A stretch of DNA of 64,000 nucleotides, from positions 168,339 through 232,338 of the forward strand of contig JBAYJK010000002.1 of NCBI GenBank assembly GCA_041665145.1. Reading direction: 5' to 3'. The translations under genes and the position numbers were made by a program. Origin of the DNA: Patescibacteria group bacterium. GTDB lineage: Bacteria; Patescibacteriota; Microgenomatia; UBA1406. The notes below the pieces were generated by a model, which saw only the letters and a list, made by a program, of their open reading frames with translations, searched no databases and was not told where the DNA came from. The first letter of the stretch is position 1. Every line of letters begins with the position of its first letter. Positions 17,205 through 25,737 of this stretch are shown here, piece after piece.

Positions 17205-17676
17205 TTTGCTCTATAGTTAATCCCAAGCTGAGTAGCCATGTTGCAACCTTGCGTTGAAGCTCCGATCCTGAAAAATCTGATGAACGTACGGTAAAGGTGA
17301 TTTTACCATCAGCAGCCATGTCGTAGTTCATTTCGAAATCCGAACCGATGTACGGCAACTTATTGGCAACATAGATATCAGGATTCTCTACCCGGTGTTT
17401 TTCTTCTATTTGACTAATTAACTCAACCGGACGCGTATCCGGTGACGGGCCGGGGGTAACTTGGGGTGAGGTGGTTATGGTAGGAATCGGTGTTGCCGTA
17501 GGAACTTTAGGAACAATATTGGAAGGAAATAGCGGAATGGTAGTGGGAGGAATTGTCGGCGCGGGTGGATTTTTTACTGTGGATTTATTCTGAATCAGCG
17601 TGAAACCGAAAAACAAAAGAATTACAACAAACAAAAAACCTACTCCACCGGCAAATATAAGCTTTTTGTTATCCAT
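17179..17676 (-). CDS. membrane-anchored hypothetical protein with a Pro/Thr-rich linker
   Basis: I chose the start at MDNKKLIFAGGVGFLFVVILLFFGF (ATG 17676). This avoids overlap with the upstream gene, whose stop is at 17703. Confidence 0.5.
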   Translation of the reverse strand: MDNKKLIFAGGVGFLFVVILLFFGFTLIQNKSTVKNPPAPTIPPTTIPLFPSNIVPKVPTATPIPTITTSPQVTPGPSPDTRPVELISQIEEKHRVENPDIYVANKLPYIGSDFEMNYDMAADGKITFTVRSSDFSGSELQRKVATWLLSLGLTIEQINSLTIEY

Positions 17677-17702
17677 GATTACTACAGTATTGTAACGTAT
17701 AT

Positions 17703-19748
17703 TTAAAAGGTTCGTTGTAATACGCAATCAACATTCGCCAATGTGTCCAGATGATAGCCGATTGAACCGGACGTCGCCCAGTTTGCCTCAAAAATTTTGA
17801 TTTTTCCATCGGACGCAATTGTGCCGATTTCTGCAATATGTCCGAAAGCTCCCGTCGTATAGATTGCTATATTACCGACCTGAACCATTTGTACGGAAAG
17901 TTGATCCTTCATCAATCTCCGATAGCCATTTGGGACGCTTCCGCTACAATAAGCCTTAGCATTTCGGCCATCAAGACCGCCACCTGTTCCCTGTTCCACT
18001 GCCATGACATACCCGACACACTGAAGATACGTATGACTCTGTGCCGATTGATATAGTATGTTGTAGACCGGAGTCGCCAATTGTCCCTGCAGACAGCTTG
18101 CAATAAGATTTGCTGTCAGACCGACTGTCCGCACTCCATTGAACGGTGTGGCGCCATTACACAGGGTACCGGCCGATGTCAAAAGATACTGAGCGTATTC
18201 TGCTACTTGTGTCGGAGCAGGACCAAGTGTAATGTTTAGTGTTGGATATGGGTATGCCCCAGTCGGATTTGGTGAATAGTTGACGTTTGTGTTACTGGTA
18301 TACTGACTTGACGAACCCCTCGGCAGCAACGCTTCAAAAATCCGTTCGTGACTCCGCACAGCAGCGTCTTGTTCTGCGCTCGTACCCCCGAGTCCAGTTT
18401 GATTATTTTTGGCTACCGTTGCCGGAAAGTACGTATTCGCATACCCTTTCGGTGAAGAAGATACGTTAAACAAATTGCTGAAAAATGCACCAACCGATTC
18501 AAATACATTTGACGGCGGTTTGGGAGAATCTACATTCACCCTTTGCGGTTTGGATGAAGTGTCTGCACTCACCTCGACTTGTTTTTCTACAAATAAACAA
18601 CTCAATCCCAAAAAACCGCAATCTTCGGACCGGGATGCATTTACTTCGTCCCGTTTTTTTCCTGGGATTGATCCGTTTGTCCGATTTCGTAAATGTGCCT
18701 GAATGGAATCCGGTAAACCGGTTGGTGTCGCAACAAGGCGCTGCGTCGGCACCGGAGAAAGACCGGAGACCGGACCGGTACCGCCTCCCACCGCTCCTTC
18801 AGCAATAATAACTACTTGTTCTGCAAACGACTTGTCCATCCAACTGCCTTCATCCGGTTCGGGAGTTTGCGGCGAGTATGAGAGCATGGAAAACATAATC
18901 ACATTACTCTGTGTCCATTGGCTTTGCACAATATCGCTGTGTAAATAGGTGCTGAACATATCCACATACTGCTGTGTATACGGGTACTTCACCATACTGC
19001 CGCCACCGACATCCGGTGACGTGCAATCAACACAGACAACGCCTGTTTCATCAATAATCACCGGTTTACCTGAAAGACCGAGTTGAGCAAGAAACGCCGT
19101 CACATTACCCTGCTTTAGCTGACTTGCACTGGTATCCATGCCTCCGCTATTCATTTGGCCATATGCGTGGTATGAAACGACATCAAACTGGTTGAAGTAG
19201 TAGAATCCGCCAAGCTCTTCATAACAGGTCGTCCCGTGATCGGCAATCTGAAACGGGTCAAATGACGGGGTTGATAGCTTTACTTTTCCGCTCCAGGAAG
19301 GGTCTTTAAAGTTATTCAGCAACCCGTCCAGATATGCTTTCACATCCGTACTCGAACAATTTATTCCTTCAAACGGATTGTCCGGCTCATTCATGGGAAC
19401 AAAATATACCGGGTTAGTTATTTTAGATAAATGAGGCAAAAAAGCATTGACCCATTCCTGAGCATAACGTGCTTTCAATTCCGGAGCACCTGGTGCCGAA
19501 TGAGATGCGCGGATAACCAGATTGAGGTTGTGTGAATTTGCCTGATTGATAGCGTCTAATACTTGATCAGGTGAAATCATGCGGACAATCCAACCGCCGG
19601 GGCCTACCAGATTTGCCGCCCGCTCTGTGTCCCCAATCCCCGCAACGTTAATACCGAATTTAACGGCATAAACTGGCTGGGTTGATAGTAGATAGTAGAT
19701 AGTAGATAGTAAAAAGGCAAAGACAAAAACACCTAGTTTATGATGCAT
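17703..19748 (-). CDS. secreted two-domain hydrolase: N-terminal clan GH-A-like TIM-barrel glycosidase and C-terminal CHAP amidase/peptidase
   Basis: A signal peptide is present. The NEPDNP and IIDETG motifs are spaced as in clan GH-A. The C-terminus YLQCVGYV...GNIAIYTTGAFGHIAEIG...IFEANW supplies the CHAP Cys/His pattern. Confidence 0.65.
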   Translation of the reverse strand: MHHKLGVFVFAFLLSTIYYLLSTQPVYAVKFGINVAGIGDTERAANLVGPGGWIVRMISPDQVLDAINQANSHNLNLVIRASHSAPGAPELKARYAQEWVNAFLPHLSKITNPVYFVPMNEPDNPFEGINCSSTDVKAYLDGLLNNFKDPSWSGKVKLSTPSFDPFQIADHGTTCYEELGGFYYFNQFDVVSYHAYGQMNSGGMDTSASQLKQGNVTAFLAQLGLSGKPVIIDETGVVCVDCTSPDVGGGSMVKYPYTQQYVDMFSTYLHSDIVQSQWTQSNVIMFSMLSYSPQTPEPDEGSWMDKSFAEQVVIIAEGAVGGGTGPVSGLSPVPTQRLVATPTGLPDSIQAHLRNRTNGSIPGKKRDEVNASRSEDCGFLGLSCLFVEKQVEVSADTSSKPQRVNVDSPKPPSNVFESVGAFFSNLFNVSSSPKGYANTYFPATVAKNNQTGLGGTSAEQDAAVRSHERIFEALLPRGSSSQYTSNTNVNYSPNPTGAYPYPTLNITLGPAPTQVAEYAQYLLTSAGTLCNGATPFNGVRTVGLTANLIASCLQGQLATPVYNILYQSAQSHTYLQCVGYVMAVEQGTGGGLDGRNAKAYCSGSVPNGYRRLMKDQLSVQMVQVGNIAIYTTGAFGHIAEIGTIASDGKIKIFEANWATSGSIGYHLDTLANVDCVLQRTF
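19684..19711 (+). repeat. perfect heptamer tandem array (GATAGTA)x4 inside the signal-peptide codons of 17703..19748
   Basis: Read directly from the sequence. On the minus strand it encodes LLSTIYYLLST. Confidence 0.9.
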
Positions 19749-19919
19749 GAAAACAGTATAGCGGAAATTAAGTTGTAAGTCGAAAGTTGTAAGGTGAAAT
19801 AAAGTTGAAAGCTTAAAGCAGTAAGTTGAAATAAAACTAGAAGCTGTAATTTAAGAGCGAAATAACTACAACTTAAATAGCTACGGCTTGATTACAACTT
19901 GCACCTTGCAACTTTTGAC
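19749..19919. repeat. low-complexity imperfect palindrome built from AAGTTG/CAACTT words
   Basis: The left half carries aagttgtaag, aagttgtaagg and aagttgaaa. The right half carries caacttaaa, tacaacttgcaccttgcaactttt. Confidence 0.6.
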
Positions 19920-20615
19920 TTAATTAAGGTTGGGTATCTGGGGTGTGGCCGGAGGAACAGCCGGGGCGACCTGTTGAGTCGGAGCCTGTGTAACAGCCGG
20001 TTCTTGAGCCGGGGGAACAGGTGCGGTTTTCGGTGCCTCACCGGAAACTTTTTTCATTTCTTCCTCAAAATCAGTTTGGGTAAATCCTTTTACGACAATC
20101 TTTTTGCCGTCCGTACCCTCGAGCACAGTCACGGGAACACCTGCAAAATTATCGCTGAGAGAAAGCATTTCCTTAAGACTCGCTTCATCTGTCTCTACAT
20201 TCTTTTCTACGAACGCAACACCCCTACTTGCCAGAAAATCTTTCTCAGCTTTACAATACGGACAATCTGTAATTACGTAAACAGTCGCTTTGATTGAGCT
20301 TGGAGTTTTCGTTTCTACCGGTGCTGAAGGCATTGATGCCGGAGCAGCTACAGGAGCAACTGGTGCAACAGCAGGAGCAGCTACTTCCTGAGCTAAATTT
20401 TGTAAGTCTTGAGTTATTTTTTGTAGATCGTCCATCGTCGGGGCTACAGGAGCAACTGGTGCAACAGCAGGATCGACAGCTGCTGGCGCTGGAGCTTGTT
20501 GAAGCGCCGGATCAACCGGAACCAGATTATCATTTGGCATAGGCGCCGGCGTTGTCGGGGGCATAGTCGCTTGTTGATTCGTTTGGTTCAATGCAGTGTC
20601 ATCCATGTAATTCAT
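19920..20615 (-). CDS. glutaredoxin-like protein flanked by Pro/Ala-rich low-complexity regions
   Basis: VYVITDCPYCKAEKDFLASRGVAFVEKNV...VPVTVL carries a CPYC active site in a Grx/NrdH-type fold. Promoter geometry suggests the true start may be ATG 20606. Confidence 0.7.
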   Translation of the reverse strand: MNYMDDTALNQTNQQATMPPTTPAPMPNDNLVPVDPALQQAPAPAAVDPAVAPVAPVAPTMDDLQKITQDLQNLAQEVAAPAVAPVAPVAAPASMPSAPVETKTPSSIKATVYVITDCPYCKAEKDFLASRGVAFVEKNVETDEASLKEMLSLSDNFAGVPVTVLEGTDGKKIVVKGFTQTDFEEEMKKVSGEAPKTAPVPPAQEPAVTQAPTQQVAPAVPPATPQIPNLN

Positions 20616-20669
20616 TATTCATAAATAAATCTTTTTTGTCAAGAAGCGTTTTTGTTTATAATGAGTCAT

Positions 20670-21248
20670 ATGCGTAAAATCCTCGCTGTAGCACTGCTTT
20701 CAATGCTTGGTATTTTTGTACTTGTCCGCTCAGGCTCCTTACAAAAGTTTTTGGCACAAAAGAAACAGGTGCCAACAGTAAAAGGCATTCAGGCGGCAAC
20801 AAAAAAAGTAGTTGTGAAACAATCAACGAATCTGGTTGATCAAGCAAAAGTGACTGTCCAAAAAACCGCAACATCTGTTGTGTCGACAATCAACAACTTA
20901 CTCGATCAACAAACGCAACAGATCATCAGTACTGTTTTCAGCGAAACCACTACTACTCCACCAGTGGTATCTAGCTCATCAACAATACCAACGGATCCCA
21001 AATCGCTGGTGGTTGTCGATTTTTTAACCGGCAAAAATAAAACTTTCCATTTTATCCGCAAACAAACATATTTTTTTGATATGCACAACGTACCGGAGAA
21101 CTTCTGTCTATTCATTAATACGAGCAAGTACCCCATTGAGCCGAAGAAATACCTGACCGTGACCTTTCCTGGACAGGGAAATTATCAAATGCATTTCGAC
21201 TACTGCAGCGATGATTTAAAAAAATTCGGGGATATTATAGTAGAATAA
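20670..21248 (+). CDS. signal-anchored hypothetical protein
   Basis: I chose the start at MRKILAVALLSMLGIFVLV because TATAAT (20657..20662) lies 7 nt upstream. Confidence 0.5.
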   Translation: MRKILAVALLSMLGIFVLVRSGSLQKFLAQKKQVPTVKGIQAATKKVVVKQSTNLVDQAKVTVQKTATSVVSTINNLLDQQTQQIISTVFSETTTTPPVVSSSSTIPTDPKSLVVVDFLTGKNKTFHFIRKQTYFFDMHNVPENFCLFINTSKYPIEPKKYLTVTFPGQGNYQMHFDYCSDDLKKFGDIIVE

Positions 21249-21278
21249 GACAATATAACAATTTAGCAATCTAGCAAA

Positions 21279-22391
21279 ATGGATATACAAGAACGTATTA
21301 AACTTATTCAGGAAGTCGGAGAAGAAATTATCCAAGTGGGCGAATTACAACCTCTTCTTGAGTCCGGCGAAGAGATTGTCGCTTACGACGGCTTCGAACC
21401 TTCAGGTCAAATTCATATCGCGCAAGGACTTCTGCGGGCAATTAACGTAAACAAAATGATCAAGGCAGGAGTTAAATTCAAGATGTGGGTAGCCGACTGG
21501 CACGCAATGGCCAACAATAAAATGGGCGGAGACCTGGAAAGAATTAAGACAGTCGGAAAGTACTTTATTGAGGTATGGCGGGCCTCCGGCATGGATTTGT
21601 CAAAAGTAGAATTTTTGTGGGCATCGGATATGGCCAAGGACCCCGAATATTGGAAACTTGTGGTGCAGGTCGGGAAAACAAACTCCCTTAAACGATTCAT
21701 TCGAACCGCAGAGATGATGGGCCGGGAAGAATCGATGGACAATTTAACGGGTGCGAACATCATTTATTCCTGCATGCAGGTTGCCGACATTTTTAAATTG
21801 GGTGCAAGAATTACTCAACTTGGCATGGATCAACGGAAGCTCAATATGCTTGCACGCGAAGTCGGACCGCAGCTGGGATTTTGGAAACCGATTGTCGTGA
21901 GTCACCATATGTTGATGAGCTTACAAAAAGCGCAGTCAGTAACCGGTGGTCAGGAGCCTGCTAAAGACAAGATCACCCAAACAATTGAACGGAAAATGTC
22001 AAAGTCGAAACCCGATTCAGCAATCTTTATGACTGATACTACCGATGACATTAAACGCAAGATAAATAAGGCCTATTGTCTCGAAGGTGACATCGCAGAG
22101 AATCCTGTACTAGAATATTGTAAGTACATTATATTTGAGTCCTTCGACAAACTCGGAATAAATTCTTTTGTTGTGGAACGGCCGGAAAAGTTCGGTGGCA
22201 CTCTAAAATTTACTTCTTACGGTGAGCTTGAAAAAACATTTGCTGACAAACTACTCCACCCTGCAGATTTAAAACAAGCTGTTGCCGGCTATTTGGATCA
22301 GTTACTTGAGCCTGTGCGTAAACACTTTGAAGAAAATACTGAAGCAAAAGCACTTTTGGAAAAAGTAAAGTCGTATCAAGTCACGAGATAG
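21279..22391 (+). CDS. tyrS: tyrosyl-tRNA synthetase, archaeal/eukaryotic type
   Basis: From memory it aligns along its whole length with Methanocaldococcus TyrRS: YDGFEPSGQIHIAQG, QVADI, GMDQRK, KMSKSKP, KKAYC, PEKFGG. Confidence 0.85.
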   Translation: MDIQERIKLIQEVGEEIIQVGELQPLLESGEEIVAYDGFEPSGQIHIAQGLLRAINVNKMIKAGVKFKMWVADWHAMANNKMGGDLERIKTVGKYFIEVWRASGMDLSKVEFLWASDMAKDPEYWKLVVQVGKTNSLKRFIRTAEMMGREESMDNLTGANIIYSCMQVADIFKLGARITQLGMDQRKLNMLAREVGPQLGFWKPIVVSHHMLMSLQKAQSVTGGQEPAKDKITQTIERKMSKSKPDSAIFMTDTTDDIKRKINKAYCLEGDIAENPVLEYCKYIIFESFDKLGINSFVVERPEKFGGTLKFTSYGELEKTFADKLLHPADLKQAVAGYLDQLLEPVRKHFEENTEAKALLEKVKSYQVTR

Positions 22392-22401
22392 TAGTTGCGT
22401 T

Positions 22402-22471
22402 GTCATCCCCGCGTAGGCGGGGATCCAGAAATAAGAAGAGTGCCTAGATTCCCGACTAGATCGGGAATGAC
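22402..22471. repeat. 70-bp multi-hairpin palindromic element, copy 1
   Basis: GTCAT...ATGAC termini enclose hairpins CCCCGC-GTAG-GCGGGG and TTCCCGA-CTAG-TCGGGAA. It is homologous to 52214..52282. Confidence 0.8.
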
Positions 22472-22478
22472 ATCACAC

Positions 22479-23579
22479 ATGAATATTCGATTAAATAAAC
22501 TTTCGCAATTTCTGAAAGAACGCGGAGTTTCTAACTTGCTCGTCTCTTCCCCATCCAATATCTTCTATTTAACAGGATTTCGTGGTCTTGCCCCGTGGGA
22601 ACGAGAAGTTTTCTTGCTATACCAAAATAAGATCTTCACCCTGATCACAGACAATCGCTACGAAGCGCAAGTGCACAATATTAAAGATGTACATATTTCG
22701 ATTACTGAGTCAGGACAAAATTATTATCAAAAAATAATCAGCATTATTACTATCAACCGTCAACTATCAACCAATAACCAACTATCCTTCGAGTACCGCG
22801 ACCTAAAATACCTGGAGTTTGAGTATTTTGGCAGATTGCTTCCTGGCATTGTCCTTGAGCCCCAAGATGGAATTGTGGAAGAGTTGAGAGTGGTTAAAGA
22901 TTCTGACGAAGTAAATACACTATCGGAAGCATGTCGCATTACTGACCAAGTATTTGATGCAATTTCTCGTGATGATTTGGTGGGCAAAACAGAGGCGGAA
23001 GTCTCTTTTTTGATTGAAACTCTCAGCCATAAGTTTGGTGGCGAAGGAAATTCTTTCATTCCCATTGTTGCAACAGGTGCAAATTCTTCCCTTTCCCACC
23101 ATCGGCCAGATAGCACAAAGATAACAGAGGGGCCGTTGTTTGTTGATTTTGGTGTTAAGTACAAGGGATATACGTCAGACATCACCAGGACGTATTTTGT
23201 TCGTAGGGGCGAGGTTCCCTCGCCCACTGAATACAACGAATTTAATGAGACATACGTGAAAATTCTAGAGGCACAACAGACGGCAATCGATAAAATTAAA
23301 CCTGGTATGTTGGGTAAAGAAGCCTACCAGTTAGCCTATGACGTTCTGAGTAGACATGATTTAGCCCGATACTTCCACCACTCCCTCGGACACGGCGTTG
23401 GTATAGATATCCACGAAAACCCCCGTCTTTCGAAAACTTCTAGCATGACATTGCAAGAAAATATGGTCTTTACTGTCGAACCGGGTGTTTACATACCGGG
23501 AAAATTCGGAATTCAAATCGAGGACACAGTTTTGCTTACTCAAAGTGGTTGCAAAGTACTTACCAAAGCTTCCAAATAA
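22479..23579 (+). CDS. Xaa-Pro aminopeptidase/dipeptidase (peptidase M24B)
   Basis: HSLGHGVGIDIHENP and VFTVEPGVYIPGKFGIQIEDTVLLT are present. I set the start at ATG 22479 because the ORF-track extension runs through the repeat element. Confidence 0.85.
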   Translation: MNIRLNKLSQFLKERGVSNLLVSSPSNIFYLTGFRGLAPWEREVFLLYQNKIFTLITDNRYEAQVHNIKDVHISITESGQNYYQKIISIITINRQLSTNNQLSFEYRDLKYLEFEYFGRLLPGIVLEPQDGIVEELRVVKDSDEVNTLSEACRITDQVFDAISRDDLVGKTEAEVSFLIETLSHKFGGEGNSFIPIVATGANSSLSHHRPDSTKITEGPLFVDFGVKYKGYTSDITRTYFVRRGEVPSPTEYNEFNETYVKILEAQQTAIDKIKPGMLGKEAYQLAYDVLSRHDLARYFHHSLGHGVGIDIHENPRLSKTSSMTLQENMVFTVEPGVYIPGKFGIQIEDTVLLTQSGCKVLTKASK

Positions 23580-24845
23580 TTAATTCACGAACGGGGGGAT
23601 TTTCGCCAACATAATGGCTGTTTTCAGACTCTCTTCTTCTGCCCTGAAGTCCTGAACAAGTGTCGTATGTTTTTTAAACGCGGGATTATTCTGCCAAAAA
23701 GAGATCTCAAGTGTCTTTGCACGCAGGGATAGCGGGTCTATACTTTCTGCCAAGGTCTGCACGGAATTAACGAATGTGCGGAAGTTTTCAGTTTTTATAG
23801 CTGTTTTAATATCATCCATATTTTGCATAAGAAGCGTAATTATTTTTTTGTTGTCTGCATGCAAATCATCTATCCCCTGGGGTAAACCACTGTCCTCCAA
23901 TGCAAGTAACCTGTTCTGCAGCTTCTGCAGTGTATTACGAAGCTCGTCCACCTTCCCAAGCGACAATTCCGGCTGTTTCGTTTCCACCAACGTTTGCATA
24001 AGCACAAGCCACGAGGCCAATAACGGATTAAGCTCTATATTCACTGCGGTTGCTTCATGGTAGAAATGAGCGGTTTTATACATTTCTTTTAAATACAAAT
24101 CGGTTTCATTTCCCGTCGCGGTAAGTTTCTGCAGCGCCTCAGTAAGAGCACTGGACGCAGCCTCAGGCTTCTTTGTTATTTGATATGAACGCATTTCGTT
24201 CAGTTTGGATGTTGCGGTTTGAGTAGTCTGCATGGCGGTGTTAGTGTGAGTTTCGGCAAGCCGCAATACGGCAATTTCATCAGCAATTGTCTGAATCCCC
24301 AAGACCTTTCCTCTATTCCCGAATTCACTCATTCCCTTGAGACTATTCGAAAATTCCCCAAATTTCTTATACACGTTAAAGTGACTGAAATAGGTATTTT
24401 TTTCTACAGACTCACCGGCAACCTCGCCTTCAGTCGACAAAGTTTTCTGGAATTTTTTCAGTTGTGTCAAAAATGGAGTGACATTCAGATGCAGCAGTTT
24501 GTTCGATTCATCACTTGTTTTCTTTTGCCCGGTAATCATGGTATAAAGCGTATCGAAATCCGAAACCACCTTTCCGATTGAGGTTCGCATTTCGGGCAGA
24601 TATGTGACAAGTTTTTTGGAGTATTCCACTTCGATTTTGCGGGGCATGACAACAAAGTAATACCCTGCTCCAACAAACCCGGACAGTAAAACTGTTATCC
24701 CTAAAATGACGGGAATAATTATTCCAAGAGGTGATTTTTTAGTCGCTTCCGGCACAACTGCGGGAGTAGCCATTTCAATAACCGGACTGATTACAATGGG
24801 CTGCTCTCCTACGGGGGGCATTGCTGTTAGTGTAGCGTCGGTCAT
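23580..24845 (-). CDS. membrane-anchored hypothetical protein (421 aa)
   Basis: A single TM (LGIIIPVILGITVLLSGFVGAGYYFVV) is followed by a helical extracytoplasmic domain. Confidence 0.55.
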   Translation of the reverse strand: MTDATLTAMPPVGEQPIVISPVIEMATPAVVPEATKKSPLGIIIPVILGITVLLSGFVGAGYYFVVMPRKIEVEYSKKLVTYLPEMRTSIGKVVSDFDTLYTMITGQKKTSDESNKLLHLNVTPFLTQLKKFQKTLSTEGEVAGESVEKNTYFSHFNVYKKFGEFSNSLKGMSEFGNRGKVLGIQTIADEIAVLRLAETHTNTAMQTTQTATSKLNEMRSYQITKKPEAASSALTEALQKLTATGNETDLYLKEMYKTAHFYHEATAVNIELNPLLASWLVLMQTLVETKQPELSLGKVDELRNTLQKLQNRLLALEDSGLPQGIDDLHADNKKIITLLMQNMDDIKTAIKTENFRTFVNSVQTLAESIDPLSLRAKTLEISFWQNNPAFKKHTTLVQDFRAEEESLKTAIMLAKIPPFVN

Positions 24846-24903
24846 AATGTATCTCTTGGATTTTAAGTATATTGTCTTTTATCTCTGCCGTCAATATCAA
24901 GCA

Positions 24904-25704
24904 CTAATCTATACTGAAAAGCCTGTGCGCATTCAGAGTTGTTGCACTTTCTACTATTTCAATGGGATGATTTTGAATTCGTGCAACAGCATCTCTCACG
25001 ATCGTTATATTTTTCGGTTCATTTTCTAAGATGATCTGTTTTAATTCCAAGGGAATGAGGAAGGGAGAGTCTGTTTCGAGGACAAGAAGTTCGAGTGGAA
25101 CTGACGAAATGAATCGTTGTTTCTTCTTCGACCAGCTGATGTCTCCGTCGATGCCAATATATATATGATGCTGCACTGCAAATTCCAACAGCCGTTCATC
25201 TGCCGGGCAACAGTGAAAAACTGTGTGATATTCAAGTTCCTTTGACCATACCTCTTGGAGTACCCCTATAACATCTTCTACTGCCTCACGATCATGTATT
25301 ACCAAAGCTTTTTTATGCTTAATAGCAAGTAGTGCTTGAGCTTTAAATAACTCTATTTGTTGTTGCTTAGTCACTCCTTGTGCGACTTCGTCTTCATCGT
25401 CGTTCCTCGCAACTATATAATAATCAAGTCCAACTTCTCCCACTCCAACAACCTTAGGTTGACTAAGCATTTCTTCGATATTCGATATTCGAACTTCGAT
25501 ATTTGGCGAGAGATCTTCCGGATGAATACCAACCGTCGCAAAAACACCCGGAAACTTGTGTGCCAGGTCCACTGCGGCGGTTGACGAGGCAAGATTGGTA
25601 CCTTGTGTAATCAACACTGACACACCAGACTCACTCGCCCGATGCACAACCTCTTCGACAGGCGCCTGCATCATGTTCAGGTGGCAATGAGTGTCGATTA
25701 ACAT
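24904..25704 (-). CDS. tatD: TatD-family metal-dependent hydrolase
   Basis: Starts MLIDTHCHLN and shows the TatD pattern throughout. Confidence 0.85.
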   Translation of the reverse strand: MLIDTHCHLNMMQAPVEEVVHRASESGVSVLITQGTNLASSTAAVDLAHKFPGVFATVGIHPEDLSPNIEVRISNIEEMLSQPKVVGVGEVGLDYYIVARNDDEDEVAQGVTKQQQIELFKAQALLAIKHKKALVIHDREAVEDVIGVLQEVWSKELEYHTVFHCCPADERLLEFAVQHHIYIGIDGDISWSKKKQRFISSVPLELLVLETDSPFLIPLELKQIILENEPKNITIVRDAVARIQNHPIEIVESATTLNAHRLFSID

Positions 25705-25737
25705 ATGTCTAAAAGTATAAAGTATAAAGTAAAAGGT

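Noticed and set aside
22395-22478. N-terminal extension MRCHPRVGGDPEIRRVPRFPTRSGMTSH of the aminopeptidase ORF.
   Set aside because: It is the translation of the 70-bp hairpin repeat from a TTG start. The canonical M24 N-terminus begins at ATG 22479.
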